This document shows, piece after piece, positions 11,554 through 28,408 of a DNA stretch of 64,000 bases. Source of the stretch: the human T2T-CHM13v2.0 reference genome, Homo sapiens. The stretch lies in the NCBI RefSeq assembly GCF_009914755.1, contig NC_060938.1. One strand, written 5' to 3'. The stretch's first letter is position 1. The number at the start of each line of letters is the position of its first letter. A model generated the notes under the pieces. The model had not been told where the DNA came from, searched no databases, and saw nothing but the letters and a program-made list of their open reading frames with translations. Both the position numbers and the translations under genes were made by a program.

Positions 11554-12850
11554 AGACATCGTAACACTGAAAAGTACACTTTCTACTAAAGATGCAGAAA
11601 TTGATGATCTTGGAATTCATCATAACATGGAATCTACAGTACTGACCATCAATGAAAATTATATTTTAACTTCATATTTGTATGGTACTTGGATGATAAA
11701 AATTAATTATTCCTTTCTGCTTAGTGAATGAATACTGGAATCCATCTGTGTTGATACATAAAAATTCATTCAACTCTTGAAAAGAATCTAAGAGTTTGGC
11801 CTTTTATTAGCTAGATTTCCTCTCATGTTAATTAGAAAAATCATTCTGAAAGGCAATCCATTGAAAATTTGAGGAGGTTAAATTCTTAAGATCACTAAAT
11901 GTTTTACCTTTGATGTAATCGGAGTGCAATTAAGAAAAAACTTAATTCTACTTAAAGTAATTGTGTGTTCCCTAGTTTATACAAAGAAGTTGGAATGAGC
12001 TTCTTTAGATCTTTTCCTGAAATAACAGCTTTTATAAATATCCATCTGTTTGGTTTCTAATGTCCCTTATTATAGTTACGTAAATACAGGTCATAGTTTT
12101 AAATATAGGTTCTTAAATCATAAATACAAGATATAATTCTTGACTGTTCTCCGTGTATTATAAAATGATACTTATCTATAGGAGGCAGATATATAAAATT
12201 CGGATAATAAGATTTTTTGGATAATTAAATTTATTAAATTGATAGTCAAGTGTGATTAGATTAGCAGAATGTGATCTCCAGGGAAGATCTGTGAGACCTT
12301 TAATGCCTTACCTTAGATTTCTGCCTGCACAGCAAATCCATCCAGAACTGAGGTGGGAGGTGGAGGTTATAGAGCTAGAAAAATCACTAAAAGAAACAAA
12401 TAACTATTTTTTTCTAGTGTATTTTTATTCCAAATAAACCCTGTATTCTTCTGAATAGTAAATTACTTTATTCATCCATTGTTCTGTCTGTAAGAATTTT
12501 GAAACTTGGTAGGCAGAAAGACCCCACCCTTTTCTCTTTCCAAGATAACTAAAAGAAAAAGGTAAATCAGAGCTTTCCATGTTTTCAGTGAGAATTATCA
12601 TAACTCACCAAGAAAGCAGATCATGGCAAATAAACTGTGACCTTCAGGGAGATTTTTCAAGCCCCTTTTTGTCCTGTTTGTATTAAGAATAATGCCTTAC
12701 CTTTGTATCTGCATTTTTATATAATTCCATTCCAACCAGGTATAGCACTCTGAAGAAGACATTATCTATTCTCCATTATATAAACCAAATCAAACTTTCA
12801 TCTACATTCACTAGCTATGTAATAAATACCTTCTAGGAGCCAGATACTTG
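11554..12850 (+). other. CGRRF1: CGRRF1 3'UTR region (true end uncertain), with candidate poly(A) signals AATAAA at 12433 and 12821
   Basis: AT-rich sequence after the stop codon with no recognisable interspersed repeat. The hexamers are seen directly; which one is used is unknown. Confidence 0.5.
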
Positions 12851-13018
12851 TTGAGAGTCTGGGCTACAAAGAATCAGGCAAGACTCCTGATGTCAGGTAT
12901 TTGAGCATAAAAAGAGCATTGATGGCTAATTAGAACCCCCCGACTTGCCACTCCCCCGCCCCGCCCCGAAGTTCCTAAGACTCTGTTCCAACCCTGCCAC
13001 TGGAAGCAGGGTAGTCCA

Positions 13019-13066
13019 AAGCTGCAGTCCCTGCTGCCCTTAAGCTGCAGTCCCTGCTGCCCTTAA
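13019..13066. repeat. Perfect 23-bp tandem duplication (AAGCTGCAGTCCCTGCTGCCCTT x2)
   Basis: Seen directly. Confidence 0.95.
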
Positions 13067-13254
13067 CTAGCAGTATAACAATCTTGAAAAATCTGTCATG
13101 TAAATTGGGGGAATATTCAGACTCCATCCTAGCTCTGCTGCCTCTCTATAGATCTCTTTGTACCTTAACTGTCCTAGACACTTAGTTGGTTTCTCATCAG
13201 AAGCAGACTCCACCAAGCCTGCATTCTTATTCCATGTTTCATAACTTCGTTTGT

Positions 13255-13655
13255 AGTAAAATATACATATATAAAACTTACCATTTTAACCATTTTTAAG
13301 TGTAAAATTAGTTGACATTAATTACATTCACATTGTTTTGCAACATTCACCAGTATCCATCTCCAGAATTTTTCATCATCCCAAACTGAAACCCCATGCC
13401 CATTAAACAATAACTACCCATTCTCCCTCCCGCCAGCCTCTGGCAACCACCATTCTATTTTCTGTCCCTATAAATTTGACTATTCTAGGTACTTCATGTA
13501 AGTGGAATCATACAATATCCTTTTGTGTCTGTCTAAACTTCCTATTTCTTAAACATTCATCCATGTCAGCTTACATCAGAATTTCATTCCTTTTAAGGCT
13601 GAATAATATTCCACTGGATGTGAATGCCACATTTTGTTTATCTATTTATCCATCG
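13255..13655 (-). mobile_element. L1MB-like 3' end
   Basis: accattttaaccatttttaagtgta...ctggcaaccaccattctattttctgtc...ggctgaataatattcca. Confidence 0.8.
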
Positions 13656-14147
13656 TTTTCATAACTTAAAGATAACTTGCCTTTAGTTCTTGTTGCAGCT
13701 GAAGTAATTGTAAATATGAAGAATTTGGTAGGTTGTCAAGTAAAAACAAGTACACTGATTCCTAGGGGCTTGTGTCAGAATTTGTCAGTAGATGTGAGTA
13801 GTGACATTTTGTGAGAACAACTATAAATTTATTTCAATGGATTATTAGATAAAATATTTGCTTTATATAGATGCTATTTTTCAAAAGTAGCAGCTTTTGG
13901 AACCAGGGCAACATCTAAGCAGACTTGACAGGTGAGTAGCCACCTCCTCTTTCAGTGACCCTTTCTTCCCAACTTAATGGAGCCCATTGCAAAGCCATAT
14001 AGTTTAATTGCACCAGGCTTCTCAACAATTCTTTAGTTTAATGGACTCCCTACTGAACTCCCAAATAGTTATTTCAGACCTCTCCTACTTTTTTCAAGTT
14101 CTGTATCCCACCACTATTATATCACCCTCGGTAAAGAACCTTCGAGA

Positions 14148-14400
14148 TGTAGTATGGTGTGGAGGTTATGATGGACCCCAAAGTCAGATAACTTGATTTT
14201 AATTCCAGCTCTGTCACTTAATGGCTAGTTGCCTTGGAGAAGTTACTTAACCTCACTCTGCCTCAGTTTCCTTATCTATAAAGTAATGATAATAGAACCT
14301 GCCCACAGGCAGTTGAGAGGATTACACCCATGAATATGTGTAAAGTGCTTACACTTGTGACCTCCATAGTAAGCCCCATGTAAGATTGGTTCTACTGTCA
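14148..14400 (+). mobile_element. MIR SINE
   Basis: MIR core ccagctctgtcactta...aagttacttaacctcactctgcctcagtttccttatctataaa. Confidence 0.8.
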
Positions 14401-14529
14401 TTTCTTTGCTTAGATGTTCAAAATCGGTAGACTTTTTTTTTTCTCTTCCCGAAGAGATGTATTATATCTCCTTTTGAGGCTAACACTTTACTTATTGTGT
14501 TGATTTCATCCCTGCTTGCCCCCGAACTC

Positions 14530-15250
14530 ATTTGATTACTCATTCAATAACTAAACAAATAATTATTGAGTGTCAAAGATATTATACATCTTTGGTCATT
14601 GGGGATACAGGAATGAATAAAGTAGGCAAAACTCCTTTCCTTCATGGAGCTTACATTCTAGTAAAGACAGAAAGAGACCAATTAGTAAAAGTTAGAGGAT
14701 CAGGTGGAAGTAAGTGCTGTGGAGGAGATCAAAGCTGGGATGGGTAGGTAGGGAATGTGAGGGACACAGACTGAGTTACACTGTATTTGAAGGCCTCTTT
14801 AGGAATTTTGGTGGAGACCTGAAGGGGGCCAGGGAGTAAGCCAGTTTGCAGTGAAGAGGTCTTAATGACTGCAAGGCTGGGAGTTGGAGTTTACTGAGAT
14901 GGGGATGATTGGAAAAAGAGCAAGTTTGGAGGAAAAGAACAACTGTGTTTTTGTTAAGTTTTAGATGCCAGTTAGAAGTCAAGTAGAAATGTCAAATAAG
15001 CAGGTGAATATACTAATCTAGAGTTCAGAAAAGAGGTCCAGGCTGAAGATATAAATTTGAGGGTCATTAGCATGGTATTTAAAGCCAAAAGACCACGTGA
15101 GAGCGCCAAGGGAGTGAGCATAGGAATAGAAGAGGCCCCTGGTTTGACACTTGGGATACTCCAACATTCAGGGAGATTAGGGAAGAACCCATAGACTGAG
15201 GAGTAGACAGTGAGATAGGAGGAAAACTGGTGGAAGAGTGTTCTTTACAC
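14530..15250 (-). mobile_element. L2 LINE fragment (continues at about 19050-19480)
   Basis: cattcaataactaaacaaataattattgagtg end motif and a degenerate L2 body. Confidence 0.65.
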
Positions 15251-15255
15251 GGATC

Positions 15256-15627
15256 TATTTCTTAACAGAATTGAATGGGTAAAACAACCACCATTTTATT
15301 ATGCTCAGAGATTCTGTGGTCAGGTATTGGCACAGGCTGTGGCACAGATAGGCTTGCCTGGAGCCTTATTTGGGAAGACTTGAATGGCTAGTGGGGTAAC
15401 CCAAAGGCCTGAAGGCTAGAATTATCCGAAGGCTTCTTTACTCAGGTATTTGGTGCCTGGGCTGTGATGATGTAAAAGCTGGGCTGAGCTAGGACAACAC
15501 ATGGCCTTTACATGTGGCTTGGGTTTTGTGACAGTCTGGTGGCTTTAGGGTAGTCAGACTTTTTTAACGGAGGCTCAGGGCTCTAAGATCAAGTGTTTGT
15601 GGTGAACAAAACAAAAGCTGCATGGCC
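15256..15627 (-). mobile_element. MLT1-type (ERVL-MaLR) LTR, first part; remainder at about 18881-19049
   Basis: MLT1 motifs (ttattatgctcagagattctgtggtcagg; gaagtcacatagtatcatttc; ctccacctcttgat). Split by an L1, with gcatg(g/t)cc duplicated at both junctions. Confidence 0.7.
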
Positions 15628-16183
15628 GTTTTTGTCTTTTTTAAAAACAGCTTTGTGGAGATCTAATTTACATACCATACAATTCCCCCTTGCAAACTGT
15701 ACCATTCCGTAGTTTTAATGTGCTCACAGAATTTTATAATCATCACCACAATCAATTTTGAACATTTTTATTACCCCCAAAAGAAACCCTATGCCTATTA
15801 GCAGTCATCCCCAATCCCTCCATCCTCCCAGCCCTAGGCAAGCACTGACTTTGTCTTTATAGATTTGTCTGTTCTGGACAGTTCATGGAATGGAATCAAA
15901 TGTAGAATCATAAATTGAATCACACAATATAAGATTTTTGTGACTGGTTTCTTTTACTTAGCGTGTTTTCAAGGTTCATCCATGTTGTAGTGTGAATCGG
16001 TATTTTATTCCTTTTTATTGCTGGATGAGACTTCATTGTGTAGCTATACCATATTGTGTTTATCCAGTCAGCATTTGATGGGCTTTTGGTGTTTTCCACT
16101 TTGGGGCCATTATGAATAATGCTATGAAGATTTAGGTACAAGTTTTGGTAGAGATATATGTTTTCATTTCTCTGGGTATATAC

Positions 16184-16684
16184 TGTGGGGAAGGAAAAAC
16201 TTTTAATCTATTTCTTAGATTCAGTCATTGGAGGCCTGCAAATTAAATTGACAAATGAAAGATTAGCAAAAGAAAAGACATTTTAATCACATACAGACAG
16301 GAGTTCACAATGGAATGTGACTCAGGGATGATTATTTGGGGCTTATATGCAGTCGTAATAGGGGAAGGCAAGAGGGAGAAAGACACTTGGGGGAAAACAA
16401 TGACTTTCAGGAAAGATAAATGGGCCCTTAGGAGACTACATGGAAGAAATGATAGATAGTTTTCATAACAAACGTCTATTTAGGTGTGATATGGAGACAT
16501 CTTATCTCTGGTGATAATAGTTAATCTTCCCTGGTTGTTCTTGAGATGGGGATTTATGATGTTTCGGTTATTTTGACTTCTTTTGGGAGACTCTCCTTTT
16601 AGGTAGAAAAGAGATTTCAGGAACTCAAATATCTTCTGCTTAAAATAATTTTTATGTCACAGCGGCTTATTCCAGACCTATTCA
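16184..16684 (-). mobile_element. ERV1 solo LTR (MER34/MER39-like)
   Basis: TG...CA termini and a 4-bp TSD ATAC (16180, 16685). The reverse complement starts tgaataggtctggaataagccgctgtgacataaaaattattttaagc. Confidence 0.75.
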
Positions 16685-17272
16685 ATACCTACAAGTGAAA
16701 TTACTGGCTCATATGGAAACTCTTATGTTGAAGCTTTTGAGGAACTTCCCAATTGTTTTCCAAAGCAGCTGTACCATTTTACATTCTTACTGGCAATGTA
16801 TGAGGGTTCCAGTTTCTCCACGTCCTCCCCAACACTTGTTATTATCTTTTAATTATAGCTTTCCTATCCTAGTGGGATAAGATACCTTTACCACCTCACT
16901 TCACACTTGAATACCCTTGAAGTGGTATAATTGTGGTGTATTTTTTTTTAATTTTATTATTATTATACTTTAAGTTTTAGGGTACATGTAAATTGTGGTT
17001 AGAAAAAACACACATAACAGAAGTTACCATCTTACTCACTTTTAAGCATACAGTTCAGTAGTGTATTCACATTCTCGTGCAATAGATCTTCAGAACTTTT
17101 TCATCTTGCCAAACTAAAATCCTGTATCGATTAACGCCCCATTTCTCCCTCCCCCAGCCCCTGACAACCACCATTTTATGGTATAACTGTGATTTTGACT
17201 TGCGTTTCCCTGATGGTTAATTATACTGAACATCTTTTCATGTTTTTATTAACCGTTTGTATATCTAGTTAG

Positions 17273-17574
<302 letters not shown>

Positions 17575-20119
17575 ACCCATTTTTAAATTAGGTTGTAACA
17601 GTTCTCTATTATTGAATTGTAAGAGTTCTTTATATATACTAGACACAAGTCCCTTTTGGTACATGATCTACAAATATTTTTCTCCCATTCTGTGAGCTAT
17701 CTTTTCACTTTCTTGATAGTGTCCTTTGAAGCACAAAAGTTTTCAATTTTGATGAAATCCAACTTATCTATTGTTTCTTTTGTTACTTGTGTTTTGGGTG
17801 TCATATCTAAGAAGGCTTTGCCTAACTCAAGGTCACAAAATTTACACCTATATTTTTTATAAGGGTTTTATAGTCTTAGCTTTTACATTTTGATCAATTT
17901 TGAGTTAATTTTTATATTCGGTGTGATAAAGTGAATTCCGCTTCATTCTTTAACATTTGGTTATCTAGTTATCCCAGTACTGTCTGTTGAAAAGACTACT
18001 GTTTCTTTATTGAATTGTCTTGGTACCCTTGTTGAATCGACTATAAATTTGAAGGTTTATTTCTGGACTCTGAATTCTATTCTATTGATCTATATGGCTA
18101 TGTTTATGCTAGTACTGTAGTTTCTCACTTATAGAAGCTTTGTGGTAAGTTTCAAAATTGGTAAGCAAAAGTCCTCCAACTTTGTTCTTTTTAAAGATTG
18201 TTTTGGCTATGCTGGGTCCCTTGAATTTTAGTATGAATTTTAGGATCAGCTTGTCAACATCCGCAAAAAAAAAAAAAAAGCCTACTGGGATTTTGATAGC
18301 AATTACACTGAACCTTTAGATCAATTTGGGGAATATTGCCATATTAACAATATTAAGTCTTCCAATCTATGAATATGGGATTTTTTTTGTTTATTTAGGT
18401 CTTTAATTTTTTAAAATAATATTTTAAAGTTTTCAGAGTGTAAGTTGTACTCGTTTTATTAAATTTATTTCAAAGCATTTTATTCTTTTTGATGCTATTG
18501 TAAATAGAATTGTTTTAATTTCATTTTCAAATTATTCATTACTGGCATATAGAAATAACTTGATTTTTGATTATTGATTTTTGGATATTGATATTGTACT
18601 CTTCAAATTTTAGAACTTGTTTATTAGTTTTAATAGTTTTTTAGTAGATTCCTTAGACTTACATACAAGATCATGTCATATGCAAGCAGAAGTAATTTTA
18701 CTTTTTCCTTTCCAGTTTGAATGCCTTTTATTTGTTTTTCTTGCCTAATTTGCCTGGATAGAACTTCCTGTCTAACCCTTTCCTCCTAGTCTCCATTACC
18801 CTTATATGTCATTTACACATGTCAATGTTGAATTGACATGGGCAGAGTGGACATCCTTGCCTTGTGCCTGATCTTAGGGGGCATGTCCTTTAATGAGCCA
18901 CCCTGGGAAGTCACATAGTATCATTTCTATTGTACCCTGTTAGTCAAGCAGTCACAAGCCCATGCAGATTCAAGGAAAGCAGACACAGACTCCACCTCTT
19001 GATCGAAGAAGTACAAATGAATTTTCACCCATATTTTAAAGCCACTACTATTTAGTTTCTTAGACACCAAGTGAATAATGTATTTCAGAGAGGAGAGAGT
19101 GATCTATGTCAAATGATACCATTAGATTATGTGAGATATGAGAATTGGCCATTGGATTCAGCAATGCAGAGGTCACGTGTGGCCTGGATAAGCCCAATTT
19201 TGGTTATGTCTGTGGTGAAAACCCATTTGGAATGAAGTCAAGTGAGTATGGGCAGAGAGGAATGGGAAGCAGCAAATAGAATCAACTCTTTTGGGAATTT
19301 TGTTATAAGGAGAAACACAGAAATAGTGTGGTAACTGTCAATATGGGTTTACCAGTGTTTAGTTTTAAGATGAGAGAAAACAGCATGTTTGAATGCCCAT
19401 GAAAACAAATCAGTGGAGGGGAAAAAATGATAATGCTGAGATACTAGGAGTAATTGCAGGAGTGATGTCTTTGAGAGAACAAAAGAACACTAGCATATCT
19501 CCTATCTCTTGTATCTTCAGTCTAACTTATTTCCTTCTGCCTCATATTATGCTAGATATTACCAGTACTAAAGAACTCCCCCACCCCAGCCCTGTTTCTC
19601 ATTCCACCCTATTACTCCTATTTAGCTTCCATCCTGTTACTATTTCTCTTAGTTCCAGACATCTTGAGAAAGTCTACAACAATGATTCCCCAGTGCTGCT
19701 ACTTAGCAGAATCACAACTCAGATCTTAGACATATTGAGTCAGAAGTTCCCCAGATAATGCTAATACTACTAAGTCTGGGACCCTCTGAACCCTACACTA
19801 TGGTCATTTTTGTTTTCTTGTTTCTTATTCACGATTAATTATGCCTCCTCTTTTATATTCTGATTATTGACTTAAACTGATTTCCCAAGGGTGCCCATTA
19901 AGCTCCTGTTTACCCCATGCCATGACCTTTCCTTGCTCCTCATTCTTCATGGCCCCGCTTTGAAGGATTCTACACATAACTAGTTTTCTCCTCCTAGAAA
20001 GTTACTTGTCCTGGCTTCTGAGTCACCATGTTCCATTGCATTTCAATGGTGCTTAAGAACTGCTTTTAGGGGAGAGGTAAAAATGCAGACCCCCAGATCT
20101 ATCTCTCTTAAAATACTGA

Positions 20120-20475
<356 letters not shown>

Positions 20476-21780
20476 GAAGCAGGTGGTCCACAGATATCAC
20501 TGCCATGAACTGCATCTTTCCCTAGGTCTCTACAGGCCCTATGCATCATTCATGGGACCAATGTCTTGTTAAGCACCATTTCCGCGGTGTATCTGGCAGT
20601 GCATGGAATAGACACTGAGGAGTCAAGCATAGACCTGCTATTATCAAAGAGTGCACCATCTATGCTCTCTCTTATTTATTGCAATCAGCCCTTACTTCTA
20701 GACTGATTCTTCTCAAATCAATTTTTCTATTTTTGGTCTTTCTGCTGAGTTTGAAACTTTCATTGCTAAGTGGCTAATGGATGTTTCCACTCATGTTTCC
20801 CACAGGCCCCTCCACCATGTCCAAGTAGAACACATCTTCCTACAAAAACTGTTTCTCTCTCACTTTCCCCTCCTGAGTTAGCGACATTGCTATCTTCCCA
20901 GAATCCCACATTCCCCTTCTTCTGGCCCCTCGTCTCTCCCCCAATATTCGATCAGTCAGCAAATCTTGATTCCACTCCTGTATTATTAGTTTCTGTGTCT
21001 GTCCCCTTTCCCTGCCTGCTAAACCTGACTTACTCCACACTCCTAGTCTCCATTACACCTTCCTCAGCCTGGTTCTTTAAAGGTAGGTGTACCTCAATGC
21101 TCAGTCCTGAGCAATCTCTTCTTACCACCCATCCTTTGGCTGATTCCATCCATTCCCATGTTGGCAATTCCTAAACTCTCTATCTTCAGGCTAGAACTTT
21201 CTTTTGAACCCTAGACCCATGTATCTCCACTCTGTCTCATAGGTTCATCAACCTCAACATGTCCAAAGCTCAACTCAGCATGTTCCCCATAACTCTGTTT
21301 TGCTTCCTGAGTTCCTCATCTTGATGAATGATACCATCCCCAACCTTGTTGGCCAAACCAGAAACATGGCCATCATTTCTTATCACTCCTGTTTTGTACC
21401 CTCTTCTAAATATCTTTCAAATCTTGTCTTTACCCCTGCCTCTCTTCCCACCTCCATGCTAGGCTTCTCACTACCACCATTAGATGACTTTGTAGCCATC
21501 TCCTAACAGTCTCTTTGCCTCCTGTTTGAGTCCTCCCATCATACCCATTCATTCTCCACATCCAACCAGGTAGCTCTTTATAAAAAACTAATCAAGTTAC
21601 TTCTGATTAAAACCCTTCAATGACTCCCATTTACTGTCAGGAGAAAAGTTTAAATCTTATCAAGCCCCTTCCTGATTTTGCCTCTGTTTATGTTTGCAGC
21701 CTTGTTACCTCTGTTTTCCCCTTTCACACTCCCCACTCCAGCTAGCCTGTACCATTTCCATGTCCCATAACATACCACAG

Positions 21781-22410
<630 letters not shown>

Positions 22411-22807
22411 TAACAAGCTTAAGCCCATCTTAGCATTTATCACATTGTGTGTTATTTGCTTGTTTACTTCTCTCTGTCTCTCAGTAGACTAGAAACTACT
22501 TAGGACAGGAGCTGACTTGTTTCTCCAAGTATTCCCATTGCTTTGTACAGAGTTTACCATTTAACAAATACTTGTGAAATGAATAAATGTATCTTAAAAG
22601 TATTGAGGAATCACTGCAGTAATTTTAAATATAGCAATATAATCAGATTTGTATTTTTAAAATATCAGTATGGGAAGTGGTTTGAAGTGTAACAGTCTAC
22701 AAAGTGATGTGTGGGAAAAGTATTAGAACTCATATTTATTTTTAGCTACATAGAAAATTAAATTTTACTAATATTCGATTAGCATTAGGACATGTCAATC
22801 GCTTATC

Positions 22808-22912
22808 AATAAATGTACAAATTTGGAGGATAGTTTAGTGTTTGAATTGGGGGGATACTTAGAAATAAATATACAAATTTGGAGGATAATTTAGTGTTTG
22901 AATTGGGGGATA
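22808..22912. repeat. Tandem duplication with a period of about 56 bp, 2 copies
   Basis: aataaat(g/a)tacaaatttggaggata(g/a)tttagtgtttgaattggggg occurs twice. Confidence 0.92.
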
Positions 22913-23991
22913 GTAGAGGTAGGAAAATTAGGATCAAGATGCCACTATAGTAATACAGTTGAGGAACAGTAAGGGCCGAAGGACTTGATTTTTGATAATG
23001 GACAGGAGTGGCTTAGGGTAATTCTTACGCTTCTGACTTGGGTAAGGTGAATGATAACAGTCAGTGAATCTCGGAGCACATGTACACTTTTTCTGTTGGA
23101 GTGTTGCTCCCTGGAGGCAAGACTGTCTTAGTCATGTTTGTGCCTCTCTCCTGAGAACACCATTTATTCATTCAAGCACTTATTAGTTCATTCAGAAAAT
23201 ACTTAGAAGGTCTACTTTGAATGAGCTGCTGTCCTTGGTGCTAGAGAGAGGATGAACAAGATACTAGAGGTCCTGGCCCTCGAGCAACTCACATGGATGG
23301 GTAAGGGTGAGGGGAGACTAACAATAAACAGTAAGCAAAAAATATCATGAAGGCGCCATGAAGGAAACAGACAAGTTAGGGAGTAGTTGTAGATAGGAGA
23401 GTGTCAGGGAAGGTATCTCTGAAAAGCCTTCAGTTGAGCTCAGCCCTCAGGGTTAACAGAAACCCAGCTTTGTCAAGAGGCTGTCTGTAGCATTTTGGGT
23501 GGAAGGAACATGAAGTACAGTGGCCCAAAGTGGGAAAGAACTTGAGGTGTTAGAGGAACAGAAAAGAGGCCTGTGTGACTGGAACTGAATAAACAAGGAG
23601 GAGCAACACGGATGGAGTTGGAGAGAGTACAGGCCTTACTGGCTGTGGGTAGGAGTCGACATTGTCTTCTATGCAGTGGGAAGACATCAGAGTTGAAGCT
23701 GGGAAGTGAACTTTTCTGAGTTGCACTTTTAAAAGACTGAGGAAGAAACGTATTTGGAGGAATCAAGTATTCAGTTTCAGACATTTTAAATGTGAGATGC
23801 AATGTTAAGCCTACCTTGTTTATTTAACTAGTTGAACCTCCAGGCATTTAATTTCTTCTGTGTTTATCATAGCTAGGTCCTCTAGAATTCTGCAGATATG
23901 TACCAGGCATAAGACTGAGTTAATGAGTCAGATTAGGAGGAGGAGGGGGAACAGCCATCATATGTTTTCTCTGCTCTGAGCACTTTGTATT

Positions 23992-24612
23992 TGTGCCAGT
24001 AGTGCAGCTCCAAACCCACCTGTCAGCCCCAAACCCACCCTTCTATACTTTGCTTAGTAATGCTGGGACTAGGCCTCTGCAAACCACATGTATGCTTTCC
24101 CAGGTGCTCCCATGAGGCTTTGCAAATCAGAGCAATGGAGGGAGACTGGAAGACAGATAGGAGGAAGAAGGGATTTGCTCTTTCCTGTTTGTTTCCCATG
24201 AGCTTCCTGTTTGCTTCTCATTCCTGTGAGCATCACCCCAGCCTCACTTCTGTACCTTGACAGTAGTGGTTGATTCCAGGAGCAGCAGTTGAATCCAGGT
24301 TGCAGTTTTTCCAACATTTTCCAAACCTGCCTCCTCACCCCCACCCAGGACCCAGCTCCAGGCCCAGCAGCACCCCCTTCTCAGAGATTTCAGTGTTTCA
24401 GATCTGTCGGGCTCCTCTAAACTTCTACATTTTTGTAATTCCAACTTCACTTTGTTTCCCCAGCTCTGTGGATGGTAGCCGTTTCCTGCAATTGCTACTA
24501 GTGTTATACCTTAGTGTTTTCCTGTTGATTTTTCAGTTAACAACTCTTTGTGTTAATCTCTGATAAAATAATTGGTGTGTTTTTTGTCTCCTGGCTGGAT
24601 TTCAATCAATAT
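23992..24612 (+). mobile_element. ERVL-type solo LTR (LTR33-like)
   Basis: Starts tgtgccagt...ccaaacccacccttc...gctgggac and ends ttttttgtctcctggctggat...ata. Confidence 0.6.
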
Positions 24613-26075
24613 AATTAGATATTATCTCCTATAATTCTGGCACAATTTCCTAAAGTAGACAGAAAATTGAAACCAAATAAGGTTAAATAATTATCTCATA
24701 TTACAAAGCTACAAAGTGGCAGAGTTGGGATTTGAATCCAGTTTTGTTTTGCCTGAAGCTTGTGCTCTAAAAACTAGTCACCTTCCTACACTGCCTGAAA
24801 AATACATGGTTTTTAAACATCAAACTGTAGGTACAATTTCCAAATTATTTCATCATTTTTATTGCTTTTCTATAACCTATTATCAGCCTCAGCATTTCCC
24901 AAAATATATCCCAAGTGACAACAGTACTACAAGAAGACCTGTGAAATGTAGATTCTGTACTCAAGTCAGCTTAAGAACGGTCACACAGTGTACTCTTCGG
25001 AAGACTCACGACAAACATTAGCATAAGAAAGGCTCCGAGAAATCTTGGAATAAAATTTAAATTTGCATTCAGTCAGTTTCTTATAAATGTCCTGACTGGG
25101 AACATCCCAAGGATGTGGAAATGGGGAGTTAAACAATATCAAATCTCATGTGTCTCTTGCAACAGTAGTGCCTGGTTAGGAGAAACCTGATGGTGCCAGC
25201 TATTGTGGGATGCTCTCATCATACAGAAGTTGCTTTTAAAAAAATCTCGGGGAAGGGGATTCTGGTCTTTGTTTAGGTTATAAAAACATGATCTCAGATT
25301 GGTACTTGTTTGCATTTAAACTATTTCAACCTGTGGATACATTTCTATTTCACCTTCAGTTGAAAAAGATGTAAGCAATTCTTGGATCAATAACCAAGGT
25401 AAGAATAGGTATTTGATGACTTCCAGTATAAGCAACTTTTATTTTGTTTCTCTCCTGTCAGCCTGGGAGCAGGTTATCTCTGCACAAGATCTGAAGTCCC
25501 ACTTTTGTAATCCTGACCTGTATAAATCCTCTAAATAGGAGTGGTTTTGCAATGCTTATATTTAACTTTCTGAATGTATTTACTTGAAAATTTATCTATG
25601 ATACTTTATAAGACTTTCTACTGTAAAAAAAAAAACCCTATAATTAATACTTCACACATTTGCTTATTTTTAAAAAGTGAGAACCCATCTGCATTTCTGT
25701 TTGAAATTGTGGTTGATTTTATATTTACATTGTATTTGAATAACTGTATCAGTTAATTGGTTTGAGTTATTTTGATTATTTAAATTTTGATTTAAAAATC
25801 AGTAAAAAATACAGGGTCCCTGACTAAAGTAAGTCCAAAAAGTTAGTTTACCCCTGTCATCTGACTCCATTCCAGAGAAAGCTGCCTCAAAAGTTTTCTT
25901 CATGGAATATTACTCTACCTTAAAAAGGACTGAAGTACTCCCTGCAGCCAGACACTGGTTATTACTGCATGGAGGTGAACATGTCTTCATTTACTTAATT
26001 GAGTTTATTGAGTGTCTTCTATGTGCCACTCACTGGGCCAAGTGCTAGAGACAACAACAGTAACAACAACGAAAG

Positions 26076-26885
<810 letters not shown>

Positions 26886-26947
26886 ACATGTATTTTTCTT
26901 CATGGATTCAGCATGCTTGTCCAATTCACATTCCAATGTGACTCCTA

Positions 26948-27273
<326 letters not shown>

Positions 27274-28018
27274 TCACAATTGTTCATGGCCTTTGGGTAC
27301 TGGCATTCTATTTACTTAAAATCGGGTTCAAGGAGTCTTTTTTTCTGGAAAAATTCTCTAAATTGAGAAAGTGAAGACAATTTGAAAACTATCCTCAAAA
27401 TAGTAAGAACTTTAGTGAAACATGAAAACGGATTCTCCAAGGGTCCCAAAGTTTCCCCTGAGGCTCACTCTGGCCTGGCTTCTCCTGTGCCGGCCAGCAG
27501 CTATGGTTTGGGTTTGGATTATCAGGCCATGGCCCCACTAGTGTAAAAAGGTGCTAGAGAATCAGAAAATTGGTGCAGGCAATTACTACTCTGCCCCGGG
27601 CTAACAGAATGCTGACTTTCTGTTTGAATGTGTGCCCCTGCCAAAGCCAAGATATTTCTGAGCTCCTTATGATGAGATCTGAACTCAAGTTTAGTCTCCC
27701 TAAGCCACAGTTCCTAGGCCTTCCCAGCTTGCCTTTCACTGTTGCTATCTTAGCAGACCTGACTCCTGATTTAGCCTTCCCACATGCCATCTGTCACCAG
27801 TTCTGCAGTTCCTTCCTCCTCTCTCTCTCTTCATCCCCTTGAATCCTGATTCTAGCCCTGGCAATCCTCTCATAGGCCTTATGACATGGCTTTGAGAGAC
27901 CATGTCTTCGAAGAGTGAATAAAGCATCTCTCTGTGTGAGGCAGAGCCACACTGCACATTAGCCAAATCAACACACTCAAATTTGTGTCAAACAAAAAGG
28001 AAAATTAATGCTTATTAA

Positions 28019-28408
<390 letters not shown>

